Origin: Balamuthia mandrillaris
Taxonomy: Eukaryota
NCBI GenBank assembly: GCA_031835245.2
Contig: JAVKOQ020000022.1
Coordinates: 62,001 to 126,000, forward strand
Direction of reading: 5' to 3'
DNA: 64,000 nt
A model generated the notes under the pieces. That model was not told the DNA's origin. It saw only the letters and a program-made list of their open reading frames with translations, and did no database searches. Shown here one piece after another: positions 1-13,066 of the stretch; position 1 is the stretch's first letter; the number at the start of each line of letters is the position of its first letter. A program made the translations under genes and the position numbers.

Positions 1-3000
1 GTTACAAAGGCTTTTCACATACCAACCTCACTTTCGTTCAAATAGGATGTAGCACCAATCCATATGTTCCTGTTAGACGAATGGCGGGAGAGTCTCTTGG
101 CATGCTCTCACGTATTGAAGGAGATAAATTTACCGATGGCCTTATACGTTATCTTTTGACCCAGGTTGTTGCATGTTATGTTTTGTAGCTTTCCTGCCTT
201 GTACTGATTTTGTTCCGAGCAACAGGTAAAGTCAAAGAACCTAGAGGTCAAGGCCATCAGTGCTTTTCTTCTTGGTTGTGTGCATAGGTCTGTGGGAGGC
301 ATACGTTCTGCTCCATATCTGACCGTTACTGCAGATCACCTTCGTGAACTTTGCCAAGACGCCCATCCAACCGTTTGTATCTGGGCTCTTCATGCATTGT
401 GGCTTACTATCGATGCTGCTGGTATATTTTTCTCCTCGTTTCTTTTTTTTAAGCTTTTCTTTTCTCTCTTTTTTTAAAAAAAATGATTGTAATCCTTGTT
501 TATGCATTTATATTCGCAGGCATTACCTTCGGAAGCAGATCTCAAAACGCTCTGGACTTAGTCATTTCGCAAATGATGGTCGAACGCAATGAAAAAGATG
601 ACCTACAAAAGGTTTATCGCTGCATTGGGAGAGTGGTGAATGCAGTTGTCACCGCGTTGGGTCCAGAGCTGAGACCGTCGTCTGCGTTAATGCTATCCTG
701 CGATGCCGTAGTTTCTCAACTGAGGGTAGGACGTACCAAACATTTTTTTTTTTTTTTGCACAAATGTTAATTTCCTTTGTTTTGTCTTGTGCTTTTCATT
801 TTCTCACCTTTAGCAGAGCGAGGGCGCATTAGTAAGATTGGAGTCTATCCACTTTTTACAAAGGCTAATGTTGTTTGCCCCACACACCGTGGAAATATCT
901 AGTTTTCTGCCGTTCCTTTGTTCGCAATTTGCCAGCGAGTCGCCTCTAGTCCGTAAAGCTGCTTTGATCTGTCTCAGGCAGTGCACGCAGCTTCCCAGCT
1001 CAGAGGTTGTGCACACTTCTCCTTTGCAAATTGAACTCCTCCTCTGGAAAATGGTATCGTTACATAGCATCATGTTGCCCCTCTTTGTGTTGTGTGTGGT
1101 TTTATTTGCTTGTTTATTAGTTTATTGGTTGTTCTTTTTTGGCTATGTTTTTCACTACGAATAACTCATACTGGATTGCGTTTGTTGTGTGGTCCTAACT
1201 CCCCAGCTTGATAAGGAGACAGAGGAATCCATAAGAGCAGAAATTCGTCAATTAATAACAGGATTGCAGGAACGGTGGGCTCCTGAAGAACCAGTGCCTT
1301 ACCTACTGCTGTGCAGGCAGGTTGTACTGTCAACCACCCGTTCCGCCAAAGGCGGTAGTAGCGTGCAGGTTACAGAGGTAAAGGAAGCTGATGATGAAGC
1401 GGAGAGAGAAGACAGTGACGAAAGTGAATCGGAGGAGCCATCCGGAGTAGAGCCCGTATCTGGACCGGAGTCCCAAATACCCGATCAACCGGAGCCAGCT
1501 GTGATAGGCTTTGTTCCAAGGTAGCAACCTAGTTGTTTGTTTGGTAATGCATGCCTGCTTACAACGGGTTGTCGGCCTTTCTTTGTACTAATAGGTGGAG
1601 AACCAAAGTATTTGCTATGCAGCGTCTAGAGTCCATTCTTCGGCTTGCGGACACTAACCAACGACACCATTTCGACTTAGCCATGGCACGTAAGGAAGCC
1701 CTCAAAAATGTGTCATCAGCCACAGCCAACATCTCTCCGCGCCTTACGAACAGTTCATTCCTTGTCACCAAATTGGCGGACTTAGTCGGTGTTGCTTTTT
1801 CTGCTACTACTTCAGATATTCCTTCCCTTCGTCCATTTGGCATGCGAGTCATGCGTGCAGTTATTGAGGTAATCAATCATTGCTTCCTCTACCAACAATA
1901 GTGGACTAAGCAATAATTTTCACTTGCACGTAGCTTTTTGGAGAAGGAGAAGATCCTGATTACAGAGGTCACAAGTTGTTGGAGCAATACCAAGCACAAA
2001 TCACAGCAGCCTTTAGGGCAGGCTTCTCCAAGGACGCCGAAAACCAACCTCAGTTACAAGCGGAGACCTGCGCTGCTATAAACACCTTTCTGTTGATGGA
2101 TATCACTAATGATGCCATAACTTTGCGCAAAGTAATTGCATTGTTGCTAAACTTAGGACAAAACATCCAAGGTACACTTTCCTTGGTAAGATTTGCTTCG
2201 TTGCTCAGTCTAAACCTTCTACTTTTGCTTTTGTCACTGGTTGTTTTCTTCTTCTTCTACTATGTTATAGAGGTGAATCTGGAAGAGTATGGTGAATATG
2301 CAGCAACCACTGTTAAAGTTGCAGTGCTCTCTGTACTAGCGCAATTGTACGTACGCGCACGTCGTTCCCTGCAAGATGCCTCCTCTTTTCCTTTTGACCA
2401 TGCCTCTCTTGTTTATAAGCAAATCCATGCCGTAAGCTTCCTCCTGCCTTCTTTTTTGTTATTTTTGTTTTGGGTATTGGGTTTGTGTTTACATTAAGGA
2501 CGATATGGGTTCTAAATGTTTTTAATGGAAGTGCTTACCGAAGTTGGGAAAGGCCTGGCGGTGGTTATTGGTGGATTATGCAATCCTTGGTTCTCAACCG
2601 TTTTCGGTGTGCAAGGCGCGTGCCAAGCAAGCAGAAGCACTCTACGACGAAAGTGCAGTACCCAACATTCTTCCCGCTTATGTCAGCGCTTGGCCAGCGG
2701 TGCTTAGTGCCTGTGCCTTTGCTTCTGCTGATACTCCCTCTTCGACAGAGGACGATGATGAGGACAATGATGATGATGATGAAGAGGAGGACGAAGATGG
2801 CGAGGAAGACAGGAATCATGACGATGACGAAAAAAAGAAGCCAAGCAAACCAAAGAGGAAGGCGGTGGAGCAAGAGGCGGGCGAACATATATCTTTCGCA
2901 CAAGAGAGGACCCAAACTTTGACTCTGGTGTTTGGCCTTGCTGTCAAGTTCCTTGCCAAGCAACCGCCAGCAGAGGGTGGGGAGGAGGTCGAGTATTGTC

Positions 3001-5000
3001 TTGAGGCACTCTCCCAGCTTTTCCAAGATGTGAACTGGGAGTATCTTCCTAACCATGCCTTCTCCGAACTGCTGCACATGCTCCCTTCTATGCTGGAGCG
3101 ATGGCGACATACCAACAGAACATTGCTTCTTTCTGCTCTCCTCTTGCACCAGTTGGTTCTCTATGGTATCAACGCTAATACCAGCCATTCGTCTACGGCA
3201 CCAAGTGTCCTTGGCGATATAGACAGCAATGGCACTGACCAACTCGCTGTGGAGGCTGAAACTTCTACCACAGTGGTGGGTGAATACTCCTCAGACGAGG
3301 AGAGCACCCTCAGGAAGCCTTCTGATCACGAAATCTCCTATCTTTTAGCTATTTGCATATCTGTTTTTTCTCGGGAAAGTACCGCTATCAAAGCAAGCCA
3401 AACCCGAATGGACCCAGTGCTATTGGCAGCCCTGCAACGTTCTCTGCAGACCATGGCGCTATTGCCCCGTCTTATGGACTCTCTCCAGCGAGTTCGATAT
3501 ACACCTGCCCTGCTGGCTGTTGTCCTCGATGTTTGTGGCTCTACCACTTTTGTTGATACTGAAGAAAGCTCCTCTACTGCTACGGCTCCTTCCACCAGTG
3601 CCATCACCAGCCTATCTGACGAAGGACGGGCTACCTTGATTGCTTTGCTAACGATTGAGCACTTCCCACATGATGCCGTTGGCCTCGAAGAATGGCACTC
3701 TCTCACTTCAGGTGCTGTCTGTACCATTTTGAAGCGCTTACAAGACCTTCACACAAGGTATTATCGTTCCTCTTTCTTGTCAGTAATCTTAGTCCTTCAT
3801 TGTTATTGATCTTATTGCCTTTGTTTCACCTTATGTTATTTTATTGTGTTTTATTTTGTTTTTACCTCATTCATACACAGCGGACATAACACTTCATCAG
3901 CAACATCATGCCGTGAAGCTTCCCTTCTCAAATGCTTAGAAAGCTTGTTGCAGCTGCTAAGCTCCCAGCTGCCAGCCCCTCTTCACCGCCGGATAGCAAA
4001 CGCCTTCCAAACAACCCTTACTCGTCCTCTGCACCCTGCTGTATGCCTCTTCCCCTCTCTCTCCTGTAATTGACGTTGAAATAGGTATTCACCCGTTTCT
4101 AACAACAGAAGGATAAGACTGCACTGCAAGTAGAGCCTAAGCTTACAGTTGTTCGTATGTTAACCGGCTTTCTGACCACAAATGAGGGAGAGCAAAAGAC
4201 GATAGGGGGACTGGCCTATATCGGAGAGCTATTGCCGTACCTTCTCGAAGCACTGTATTCGACTGTCAGTGCTACTGGTGTGGATGGTGCTACCACTGCC
4301 CATGTCGAAGCCTACTCGCACCTCGCTACTGAAATCGTTAAGTTACTGGCTCTCCTTCAGCAAGTTTCCTTCTCCCTGCCCGGTATTCTCCTCAGTTTCT
4401 CTCTCACCCGACTCTCTTCTTCCCACATCTCAATGTTTGACATCAAAAACTGATGCTTCGACCTTACCAGAGGGTGAACAGGAGGCAGTAACAGCAAATG
4501 AACGTGGAGAGTGTTTACAAGCAGTGCTGATTGTAGCGTTGGTGAAGGTACTTGCCAGTGAAGAGCAGGATTCAGAAAACAAACCCGTCGCACGATCTTC
4601 CTCTTCCTCGTGGACTGCCTTTCGCAATTTGGCTGTACAGCTTCTGGTTAGACTAGCCACGTCTCCATCCACTGCTGCATCCTTCAGAACAGTAGTGTCA
4701 TGCCTCCCTGCTGCTCACAAACAACGTCTGGAAAGCTCCCTGCGCAACGGCCCTTCCTCCAACGGTCCTACCCGCTCCAGCCGTTTAGAGGACACTGCCA
4801 CCGCTGGCAAGACTCCTCCTCGCCTGGACTTTTCTAAATATGTCTCTTCTTCCGATTCTTCTTCTCCTCCTGCTTCCCCTCCACGACGCTCTTCCTCTTC
4901 TTCTCGTTTCTCTTCATCTTCCTTTTCCTCTTCCTCTTTTTCTTCATTTGCCTCTTCCTCTTTCTCCGACTCAGATGATGACGAACCATCTTCGCCCTAA
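1..5000 (+). CDS. HEATR5: HEAT repeat protein HEATR5/Laa1/SWEETIE family (AP-1 accessory factor); multi-exon, 5' end outside window
   Basis: Spliced exons read 'LGCVHRSVGG', 'CIGRVVNAVVTALGPEL', 'PRWRTKVFAMQ', 'HFDLAMAR', 'LADLVGVAFSATT', 'LLEQYQAQITAAFR' and C-terminal 'FRTVVSCLPAAHKQRLESSLR', all recalled HEATR5 motifs. Stop at 4998-5000. Confidence 0.85.
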
Positions 5001-5301
5001 AAAGAGTGAAGTCTCTCCCATATCTTTTATACTATGTGCTATTTTTTATACACAATTCAAGCACCATCGCGGACTGCAAAGCCAACAACAGCGCTTGCTT
5101 GTAACCACCCTCTTCCCCGCTTTTTTGTTTTGTATAGAGAAACATGTTGTTGATTGTTTGTTTGTTTGTGAGTTGGCTACAAAAACGTGCAGCAAGGAAG
5201 GAAGGAAGGGCTACGCGACTCATTTGCTGTTCCCCATATTCCACCCACAGAAGAAGAGGAAGGCGACGGAGAGCCATAAAAAAGAGAGAACTCTTGCACA
5301 C

Positions 5302-6488
5302 ATGGAGAGACGTTGCGTTGTTGGTGTAACTACAACAAGTAAGCAAGAAGTGGTTGACGAAGGGAGTTTAGAGGTGTATCACAGGCATGTCTTTCAGCAG
5401 GTCAACTTGGTCCAAAGAGAGGACAACGGCAGGGAATGTGTAGCACTGGGCTTCGCCTCATGCTCGGACCTGCTGCAAGCGCTACGAGAGAAGGACGAAG
5501 AGTGGAAAAGTCAAGTTGAAACGTCACGCTGGACAGAACCTACCGAGGAAAGGTTCTTGTTGGAGCGTCTTCTGCTCGAAGCAAAGCAACACAAAGTCAT
5601 GTTTGTATGCTGTTATCTTTGCATGATCAGTTGCTGACTTGGGGAGAAGGCCTGCTACCAAATTCACAGCTCTTGCTCTTATGTTTCTCTACCTAAGGCG
5701 CCGCCGTGCTACATCGAAGTGGACAAGCGCCGCAAAGCAAAAATTGCAGCTGGAGCACTTGCAGTTAATGGTCTCCGCTTGTCTTCATATGTGCAGCAAG
5801 CAATGGGAAAGAAAGAGCAGTTATCAAAACGCCATACCAAAGGCCCTTGACCGCAAGGACCGGGTTCTGTTGCAGCACTTTAAAGCTTGTGAATTGGAGC
5901 TGCTGACTGTTCTTCGCTTTCAGCTTAGGCCAGCTACCCCATACGATTTCCTTGAACTTCAGCTTCGCTTGTTTGCGTACGTGTTCTTTCTTGGTCCACA
6001 CGCGCGCTGATGCTCACTGCCATTCAATCTGCAGGCATTACTTTGGGTTTGTCAGAGAAAAGGAATTGCGCGACTTGGCAATACTACTACTGGTACGTCT
6101 CCATTTATATCTTCTACGACCACAATTCTGATAGTTGTTATCAGGAGCTTTTGTACTTTCCATCTCCAAATGTCTTCCTCCAACAGCCCTTCGAGTTGCT
6201 GGCGATAAGTTGTGTAAGGCGCCTCTCTTGTTCTCTTTTACTATTTGTTTGCTAATATCATGGTCAGATAGTGGGGGCTGCTACCCTTGCTCACAGCGGG
6301 GCGGGAGTACCTGGTGCTGTTTTGTACTGGGGTAAGGAGCTTTTTGTTTGCTCCACCAGGCTTCTATTAGTTAACCACAAACCCATACAGGCAGCACTGT
6401 AGCGCCCTTCTCCACCAACCAATTGCTGCAGACAACCCACTCTATCCTAGCGCATTGCCTCCAGTTGCCGCCAGTTTCAAGCGAATGA
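5302..6488 (+). CDS. Atypical cyclin (cyclin N-box), CNTD1/COSA-1/CYCJ18-like; about 6 exons
   Basis: Cyclin-box motifs 'ATKFTALALMFLYL', 'LQLMVSACLHMCSK', 'CELELLTVLRFQLRPATPYDFLE'. Short GT-AG introns give a C-terminal 'LAILLLELLY...ELLAISCIVGAA...LLQTTHSIL'. Stop TGA at 6486-6488. Confidence 0.7.
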
Positions 6489-6625
6489 ATGGCAACTTTT
6501 TTAACAAGCAAGGCCAAGCCACTTCTGGCAGCGTTTGTTTTATTTTTGTTTTTTTTTTTCAGGATTTTTCAATAATCAGAGTGGAGGCCTCTTGTTCGTT
6601 TCTTGTTTAAAAACCGATGAATGAT

Positions 6626-9600
6626 TTAAGCAAAAGCAGCATTAAGGAGCTGACGAAGCTGGTTCTTGTGAGTCTTGGGGGAACCGGTGGCGGGGGAGGC
6701 GGAGGGAGCACGACCCACGTAACGAAGGTCGACAAGGCCTCGGCTCTTCCTGAGGGAGCTTCTGATGTGTGGGTTGATCCAGTTCCAGGCGCCCATGTTC
6801 TTGGGTTCCTCCTGAGCCCACGTGATTTCAGCGTTGGAATAGAGCTTGGCCTGGGATTCTACGTGGTCGAATGGGAAGGGAGCAAGCTGCTCTATCCGCA
6901 CGATGGCCACGTCGTTGAAGCCACGCTCCTCTCTCTCCTTTTCGAGGTCATAGTAAACATTGCCAGAGCAGAAGATGAGACGGCGGACTTGATCAGGAGG
7001 AACAAGAGTGGGGCAAGTGTCAGGGATGACGCGACGGAAGGTGAGATGGTTGCCAGAGTCCAGGAAATCGGAAAGAGGGGAGACGGCCTTGGGGTACTTG
7101 AGCAAGCGCTTGGGAGAGATTACGATGAGAGGCTTCCTAAAGTCGCGGTGGACCTGCCGGCGGAGCACATGGAAGTAGTTGGCGGGGGTGGTACAGTTAA
7201 CGACCTGCCAGTTGGTGCGCTGAATTTGAGTGCGCTGCTCGCGGACCATGCTTGGGATCTCGTCTGGGTCGCTGTCGCTCATCTGCAGGAATCGCTCAAG
7301 GCGGGCAGAACTGTGCTCAGGGCCGGCTCCGTCGTAGCCGTGGGGCAGCAGCAGAACTATGCCCGACTGGCGGAACCACTTGCTCTCTCCAGCGGAGATG
7401 AATTGGTCAATGATGACCTGAGCCCCGTTGCTGAAATCGCCAAACTGGGCCTCCCAGCAGACCAGCGAGTTGGGGTTCTCCAAACTGAAGCCAAGCTCGA
7501 AGCCAAGGACTGCAAACTCGCTGAGAGGGCTGTTAGTGATCTGGAACTCGCCCTGCTCTGGAGAGAGGTGGGCAAGCGGGGTGTGGATGTTTCCGTTGTT
7601 GTTGTCGTGGAGGACAGCATGCCTGTGACTGAAGGTACCCCTCTCGACGTCCTGTCCGCTCAATCGCACAAGGTTTTTCTCAAGCAGCAAGGAACCAAAG
7701 GCAAGGGCCTCGGCAGTGGCCCAGTTGATACCATCTTCACTCTCGAACATGGCACGCTGGCGCTGGACCAGCTTCTCAAGCTGGCGGTGCAGCTTGAAGC
7801 CCTGAGGAATGTCAGTGAGAGTGTTGGCGATTTTCATGAGGGTGTCCTTGGGAAGAGCGGTGGAACGGATCTTGGAGAGCTGCTCAGGGCTCTTGTAGCC
7901 CTTCCAATAGGAGTCCAGCCAGTCCATGTTCTTTGGCTCGTAAGTGCTCGCTCGCTCATAAGCGCTGTTGTACTCTTGCATAACACGATCCTCCATGGCC
8001 TTGATGTCCTCTTGAGTAACCACTCCCTCCTTCAGCATGTGCTCCCTGTACACATCCAGCGTAGGCTTGTGTTTCTTAATCATTTTGTACATGAGGGGCT
8101 GGGTGAAGCTGGGTTCGTCACCCTCGTTGTGGCCCTCCCTGCGGTAACACACAATGTCCACCACAACGTCCTTGTTGAAAGTGTGGCGGTACTCCACTGC
8201 CAACCTCATGCAGTGAACCACTGCCTCTGGGTCGTCTCCGTTGACGTGGAAGATGGGTGCACCTACAGTCTTGGCCACTTCAGTGGGATAAGGGGAGGCC
8301 ATCGGCAGCCGACCCACCTTCGGATCCGTGGTGAAGCCCAGTTGGTTGTTCACTATGATATGGATCACTCCTCCCGTCGAGTAGTTCTTCCACTGTCCCA
8401 TGTCGAAGGTTTCGTAGACTACTCCCTGTCCCGCAAAGGAGGCGTCACCGTGCAGCAGTACTGCCAACGCCTTCTTTTGCTCCGTGTCATCGCTGTACAC
8501 CTGTTTTGCTTTTGTCTTGCCCACCACCACTGGATCCACAGCCTCTAAATGGGAAGGGTTGGCTACTAGAGACAAGTGCACCTTCTTTCCCGATACCGTC
8601 GGTCGGTCGTAGGACGTGCCCAAGTGGTATTTGACATCTCCTGAACCTTGTCCAAGATCGTTGGCGTGGTTGCCTTCTGGATTAAACTCGTGCAGCAATT
8701 GCTCCAACGGCTTTCGTACCACATTAGCCAAAACATTTAATCTTCCTGTTTGCAACCGTAGTCGTCATTATAATCGCAAAGCGTTTGAAAGACAACAGAT
8801 TAAATGGAGGTACCTCGGTGGGGCATTCCAATAACCACACTTTCAGTGCCATGGTCCGCAGCCAGATCTACCATTGACTTCATGCCTGGAATCAGAACTT
8901 CACAGCCATCCAAGCCGAAGCGTTTGACTTGTGGGAACTAAAGACAGGAAAAAGCTTAGCTTTTGCACAAATCGGAAGAAGTGCAACTCAGGAAGAAAAG
9001 AGAGCAAAGAGAGCAAGCAAATAAAAAGATGGATGCCGTACTTTGATGCCAAGGAATTTTTCAAAGAGGCCAGACCAGGTAAGTCTGTCAAGGATGTGCA
9101 GCTTCTCTTCTTTAGTGAACGAGTATTGCACAGGCGTCTCAATTCTTTGCCGCAGCCAATTACATTCTTCTCTGTCAGGAATGTGCATATACTCAAAGCC
9201 TATCGAGCCACAATAAGTCTCCTTCAAACGAGCCAAAATATCTCTCAACGTGCGGTGAGGGCTATGTTAGTGGTACATTAGGTGAAGTGGAAATTAGTCT
9301 TCCAATTTTCAAACATTACAAGGAAACAGGAGTTGCAAAGATAAAAGAGCTGGCAGCACCTTTCGCTGTGGAGAAAACCAGAGAGGAGGTTCTTGTCTTC
9401 AAGAAAGATGGGACGGTCCATATCAGCCTCGGTAAAGCCGTAGGTGGCAGGATCTAGCTCCGGGAATTGGTGCTTGAACAGGGAGGAGTTGGTGAGAGGA
9501 TTTAGACGTGCCAAAGTGTGGCCCCTGACTTGAAAGGCGCGCACCAACAACAGCAGTCGCATGCTGTCCTTCGTCTTCTGGTCAACGTCCGGCGCTCCCG

Positions 9601-10141
9601 CGGCAGTAGCGGCGGAAGAAGCTCTGCTGGGGGCAGAGGCGGCAGAAGAACGGATGGAAGGAGGAGGAGTGTAGGCTTCACCGGGGGCCGTTCCACCTTC
9701 CATTTGCCGGAAGAAGCTATCCCAGGAGGCGTGCACTGAGCCAGGGTCCTTCTTCCAAGCTCTGTACATATCCTCCACATAGATGCTGCTAGTGCCATCT
9801 AAGAAGGACTCAGAGAGCTTGCTCAAAGGTACAGCAGAGGGAGTGGAGCCGCTTTGAGCCGCATTGTTGCTAGTGGCAGAGGAGTGGTAAGATGAGGCGG
9901 AAGCCACGGCGGCGCGTCGCAGAGAGGAGTTTAGAAAGAGAGAAGAGCGCGAAAAAGAGTTGGTACTGGCAGCGTTGTGGGAGCGAAGAAGGCGAGAGGA
10001 ATAAGAAAGGGACGAGGAAAAGGATGAAAGAGGGCCAAAGAGAGAGCCGCTTGGGCTGCGGTAAAGCGTGGAGCCGCTTCCAGCAAGTAGTGGCACAACG
10101 CTGCCGCTACCTTGCAACTTCCAGGCACGTAGCGATTGCAT
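6626..10141 (-). CDS. OGDH: Mitochondrial 2-oxoglutarate dehydrogenase E1
   Basis: Ser/Arg-rich presequence, '[15 protein letters not shown]', 'GDVKYHLG', ThDP motif '[10 protein letters not shown]...NNQ', 'GHNEGDEP', 'WEAQFGDF', '[15 protein letters not shown]'. Confidence 0.97.
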
Positions 10142-10683
10142 AGCTTTTCAGAGGTCTATTGCAGTTTTGCTGTCGTTATTTTTCAAAATACCACAAAAAA
10201 AAAAAAGATCTTTACTCTCACGAAAGAAAGCAAAGAGTGTTACCCACCTACCTTGAAAGCGAAGCAAAAAGGCAATGGATTGCTGGTTTGAGTTGAGTGA
10301 TCAACTACAAAAAAATAAATTATAACCGGAGGAGCAACGCAGGAATCGGCGTACCCACTTCTCCTCTCTCACTTGGTCGTAACAGCAGCAGAGCAACACA
10401 ACTACCACTACTAGCGCAACTACTGGTGGCGGCGGCGGCGGCGGTGCTCTCTTCCTCCCTACTGTTCTGTCTGGTGCACTCCAGCAGGGGGAAGCCGCGG
10501 CAAATAAACCCCAATAAAATAAAAATGAGGTGGGGGTGGGGATGATGATGCGAAAATTCCGATTGTTGGATTTTGCGCCATGATTGGTGGCGTGAATGCC
10601 ATAATTTCTGCTTGAGGGTTAGCGGGAACACCGTCGAAAGGAAAGAAAAGAAAGAGAAGGCGAGAGAGAGAGAGAGAGAAAAG

Positions 10684-11003
10684 ATGGCGGGGGCGGCTGG
10701 TTTCTTCCGGGTAGGTTATCGCTCTCTTGGTGGATTCACTTTTGCTTACCCTTCACTAGACTATTCAGGCTTCAATTTTGTTGACCAAGTGTCCTTTTTT
10801 TTCTTTCTTTTTGTTGTTGGATCTCTGTCGCTTCTCCTCTCTCCTCTTTTTCCCTCTCCGCTTTGCTCCTTCAAACCCCGTGTGGCTTTTAGGGAACGAG
10901 TGCTGAGCAAGACAGTCGCTTCTCTGACAAAACTAAAAAGTACATCAAGAGTACGGACTTTCCTCCAGAGTTTGACATTAAGGTTCTCTCTCCCTCACTC
11001 TCA

Positions 11004-11052
<49 letters not shown>

Positions 11053-11176
11053 CTTCACTTCCTTTCTGTCGTTGCGGTGGGTATGATGAACTCAAAAACG
11101 CATTAGAAGAACAACCAAAAAGCAACTTACTGGTAGTTCGCGATGTTAGCAAATTCTATTGGAGCTGTCTGAACCT

Positions 11177-11218
<42 letters not shown>

Positions 11219-12518
11219 GATTGCATTTCTCCGCGCTTCCTATTCATCCTTTTGCCTTTGAAGGTTAACCTGAGCAGGGTCTCTTTGGAGGCCATGAAGC
11301 CATGGATCACTGCCAGAGTAACTCAACTGCTAAACTTTGAGGATGAGCTGCTAATTAATTTCGTGGTGGGGCTGCTGGAGCAAACGGTACGCAACACCTC
11401 TTTTAATGAGAGAGAGCAAGTGAGGAGAGACAGCAGAGAGAGGAGCGAGAAAAGAGCAGAGAGGAACAAAAGGCTAACCATAACGTACCTCGAGCAGACC
11501 ACGCCTAATCCCAAAGAAATCCAACACCACCTAGAAGGTTTCCTTGAGAAAGATGCCGCCATATTCACGAAGGAGCTGTGGAATTTGCTATTGAGCGCTC
11601 AAAGCTCTCCCACGGGGATTCCTGCCGAGTTTTTAGAAAAGAAAAAGGAAGAATTGAGAAGAAATAAGGTCCTCATTCCTCTTCTCTCTCTCTCTCTCTC
11701 TCTCTCTGCCTTACATCCTGATGCGATATAAGGAGGAACAAGCCCGCCTCCAACAGGCGCTCATAGAGAAGAAAGCTACAGTCGAAAAAGAACTGGAAGA
11801 CAGAAGAAGAGCAGCCGCATTGCCGTCGTCAGCCAGCAGTGGGGTTGCCCGGCATGATAAGGATGGAGGCTTGCTGTCTTTCAAAGAAGAGTCGCCTATC
11901 ATTGATGAACAAGGCAGATCGCAACGGTCTGGGAGAGAAAAGGATAGATATAGGGATAGAAGGGATAGACGAAGAGATGAGCAACGCAGCCGCCGCAGCA
12001 GAGATCGCTCCAGAGACAGGGACAGCTACCGCGACCATCATCGTCATTCTCATCGTCACGGTAGCAGCCGCCGTCACCGAGATCGCTCTGGAGATAGGGA
12101 CGACGAAAGAAATAGCGACAGAAATAGAGATCGAGAGAGGCACACGGACAGCAGAAAGAGTGGCGACAGGAATAGGCGAAGGGACAAGGACAGGCAAAAC
12201 AGGGATAAGGAAGAAGAAACGTCGCAGCGGCTATTCCAAGATACTGATGAACAAGAAGGATCCAATGGGGACAGCCATCACGAGAAAAAGAATGAACAGG
12301 AAAAGAACAAACCTTACTCCCCTTTAAAACGTGGAAGATCAACAGAGAATGGTGACTCAGACAGTGACGCTGGCAAGGAAGCTGGCTCGTCAGATGAAGA
12401 AGCAGACAGCAGAGACAAGAAGAAGTTAAAGATGAGTGGCATTGATCGCACTCAGTACGAACAAGCGCTGCGCCACAAGGCAATACAGAGCCTCCGCAAA
12501 GCCAAAAGTGAAAAATAA
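10684..12518 (+). CDS. SRRM1: PWI-domain SR-related splicing coactivator (SRRM1/SRm160-like)
   Basis: Spliced 'MAGAAGFFR|GTSAEQDSRFSDK', PWI domain 'MKPWITARVTQLLNFEDE...LEGFLEKDAAIFTKELWNLLLSAQ', then an RD/RS-rich tail. Confidence 0.88.
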
Positions 12519-12702
12519 ATAAATAAATAAATTCATTCAATAAAAAAAACCTCGCGAAGAAGGGAACGACAAAGAGACCGCAGACACGAACCGTTGTCTC
12601 CATCACCAAATTTTCCGATCAGTACAGAAATTCCTCATAAAAAGTACCCATGAAAAAGTTCAACCCCTTTATTTAGCTCCTTATTTATTCTAACGCAACA
12701 AC

Positions 12703-13059
12703 GTGCCTATTTTTCATTTTTCACACAACCACAAAACAAACACCACCACTACCACTACGGACCGCTACGTCAGAGCAGGAGAAGTGAGGAAGCACTACAA
12801 CGTCTCCCATGAAAGCCTTCGTCGTTGGGCGGAGGCGGGAGACGGACGTCTGCGCTTCACCCGTACCCCAGGAGGCAACCGTCTCTACCACCTCGACGAC
12901 ATCCAACGCATCTTCAACCAAAAGGGGGAGCAAACGAAAAAGGAACACCTCTGCTACGGTGCCCTGAGATCGTCCACCTGTCGAGCAAGGTCTGCCCTTT
13001 GGTGACTGCTGCTAACGCGGGCGTAGCAGAGGTGTTCCTTTTTCGTCTGCTCCCCCTTT
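12703..13059 (+). mobile_element. tnpA: IS607-family TnpA serine recombinase relic (MerR-type HTH plus start of the catalytic domain); rearranged and truncated
   Basis: The + strand reads 'DRYVRAGEVRKHYNVSHESLRRWAEAG...FTRTPGGNRLY' (IS607 HTH). The - strand from 13058 to 12960 reads 'KGEQTKKEHLCYARVSSSHQRADLARQVDDLRA' (serine recombinase YARVS...Q..DL.RQ). Intronless. The probable start codon reads ACG at 12757. Confidence 0.88.
12921..13059. repeat. 38-bp inverted repeat (12921-12958 / 13022-13059), 1 mismatch, 63-bp spacer
   Basis: aaagggggagcaaacgaaaaaggaacacctctgctacg versus cgtagcagaggtgttcctttttcgtctgctcccccttt. Confidence 0.97.
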
Positions 13060-13066
13060 AATGTAG

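Noticed and set aside
6617..8548. 643-aa ORF antisense to OGDH
   Set aside because: Shadow frame of a strongly codon-biased gene, with no recognisable motifs.
12611..12660. IS607 left-end direct repeats (cataaaaagt / catgaaaaagt)
   Set aside because: Too short and AT-rich to distinguish from chance without other copies for alignment.
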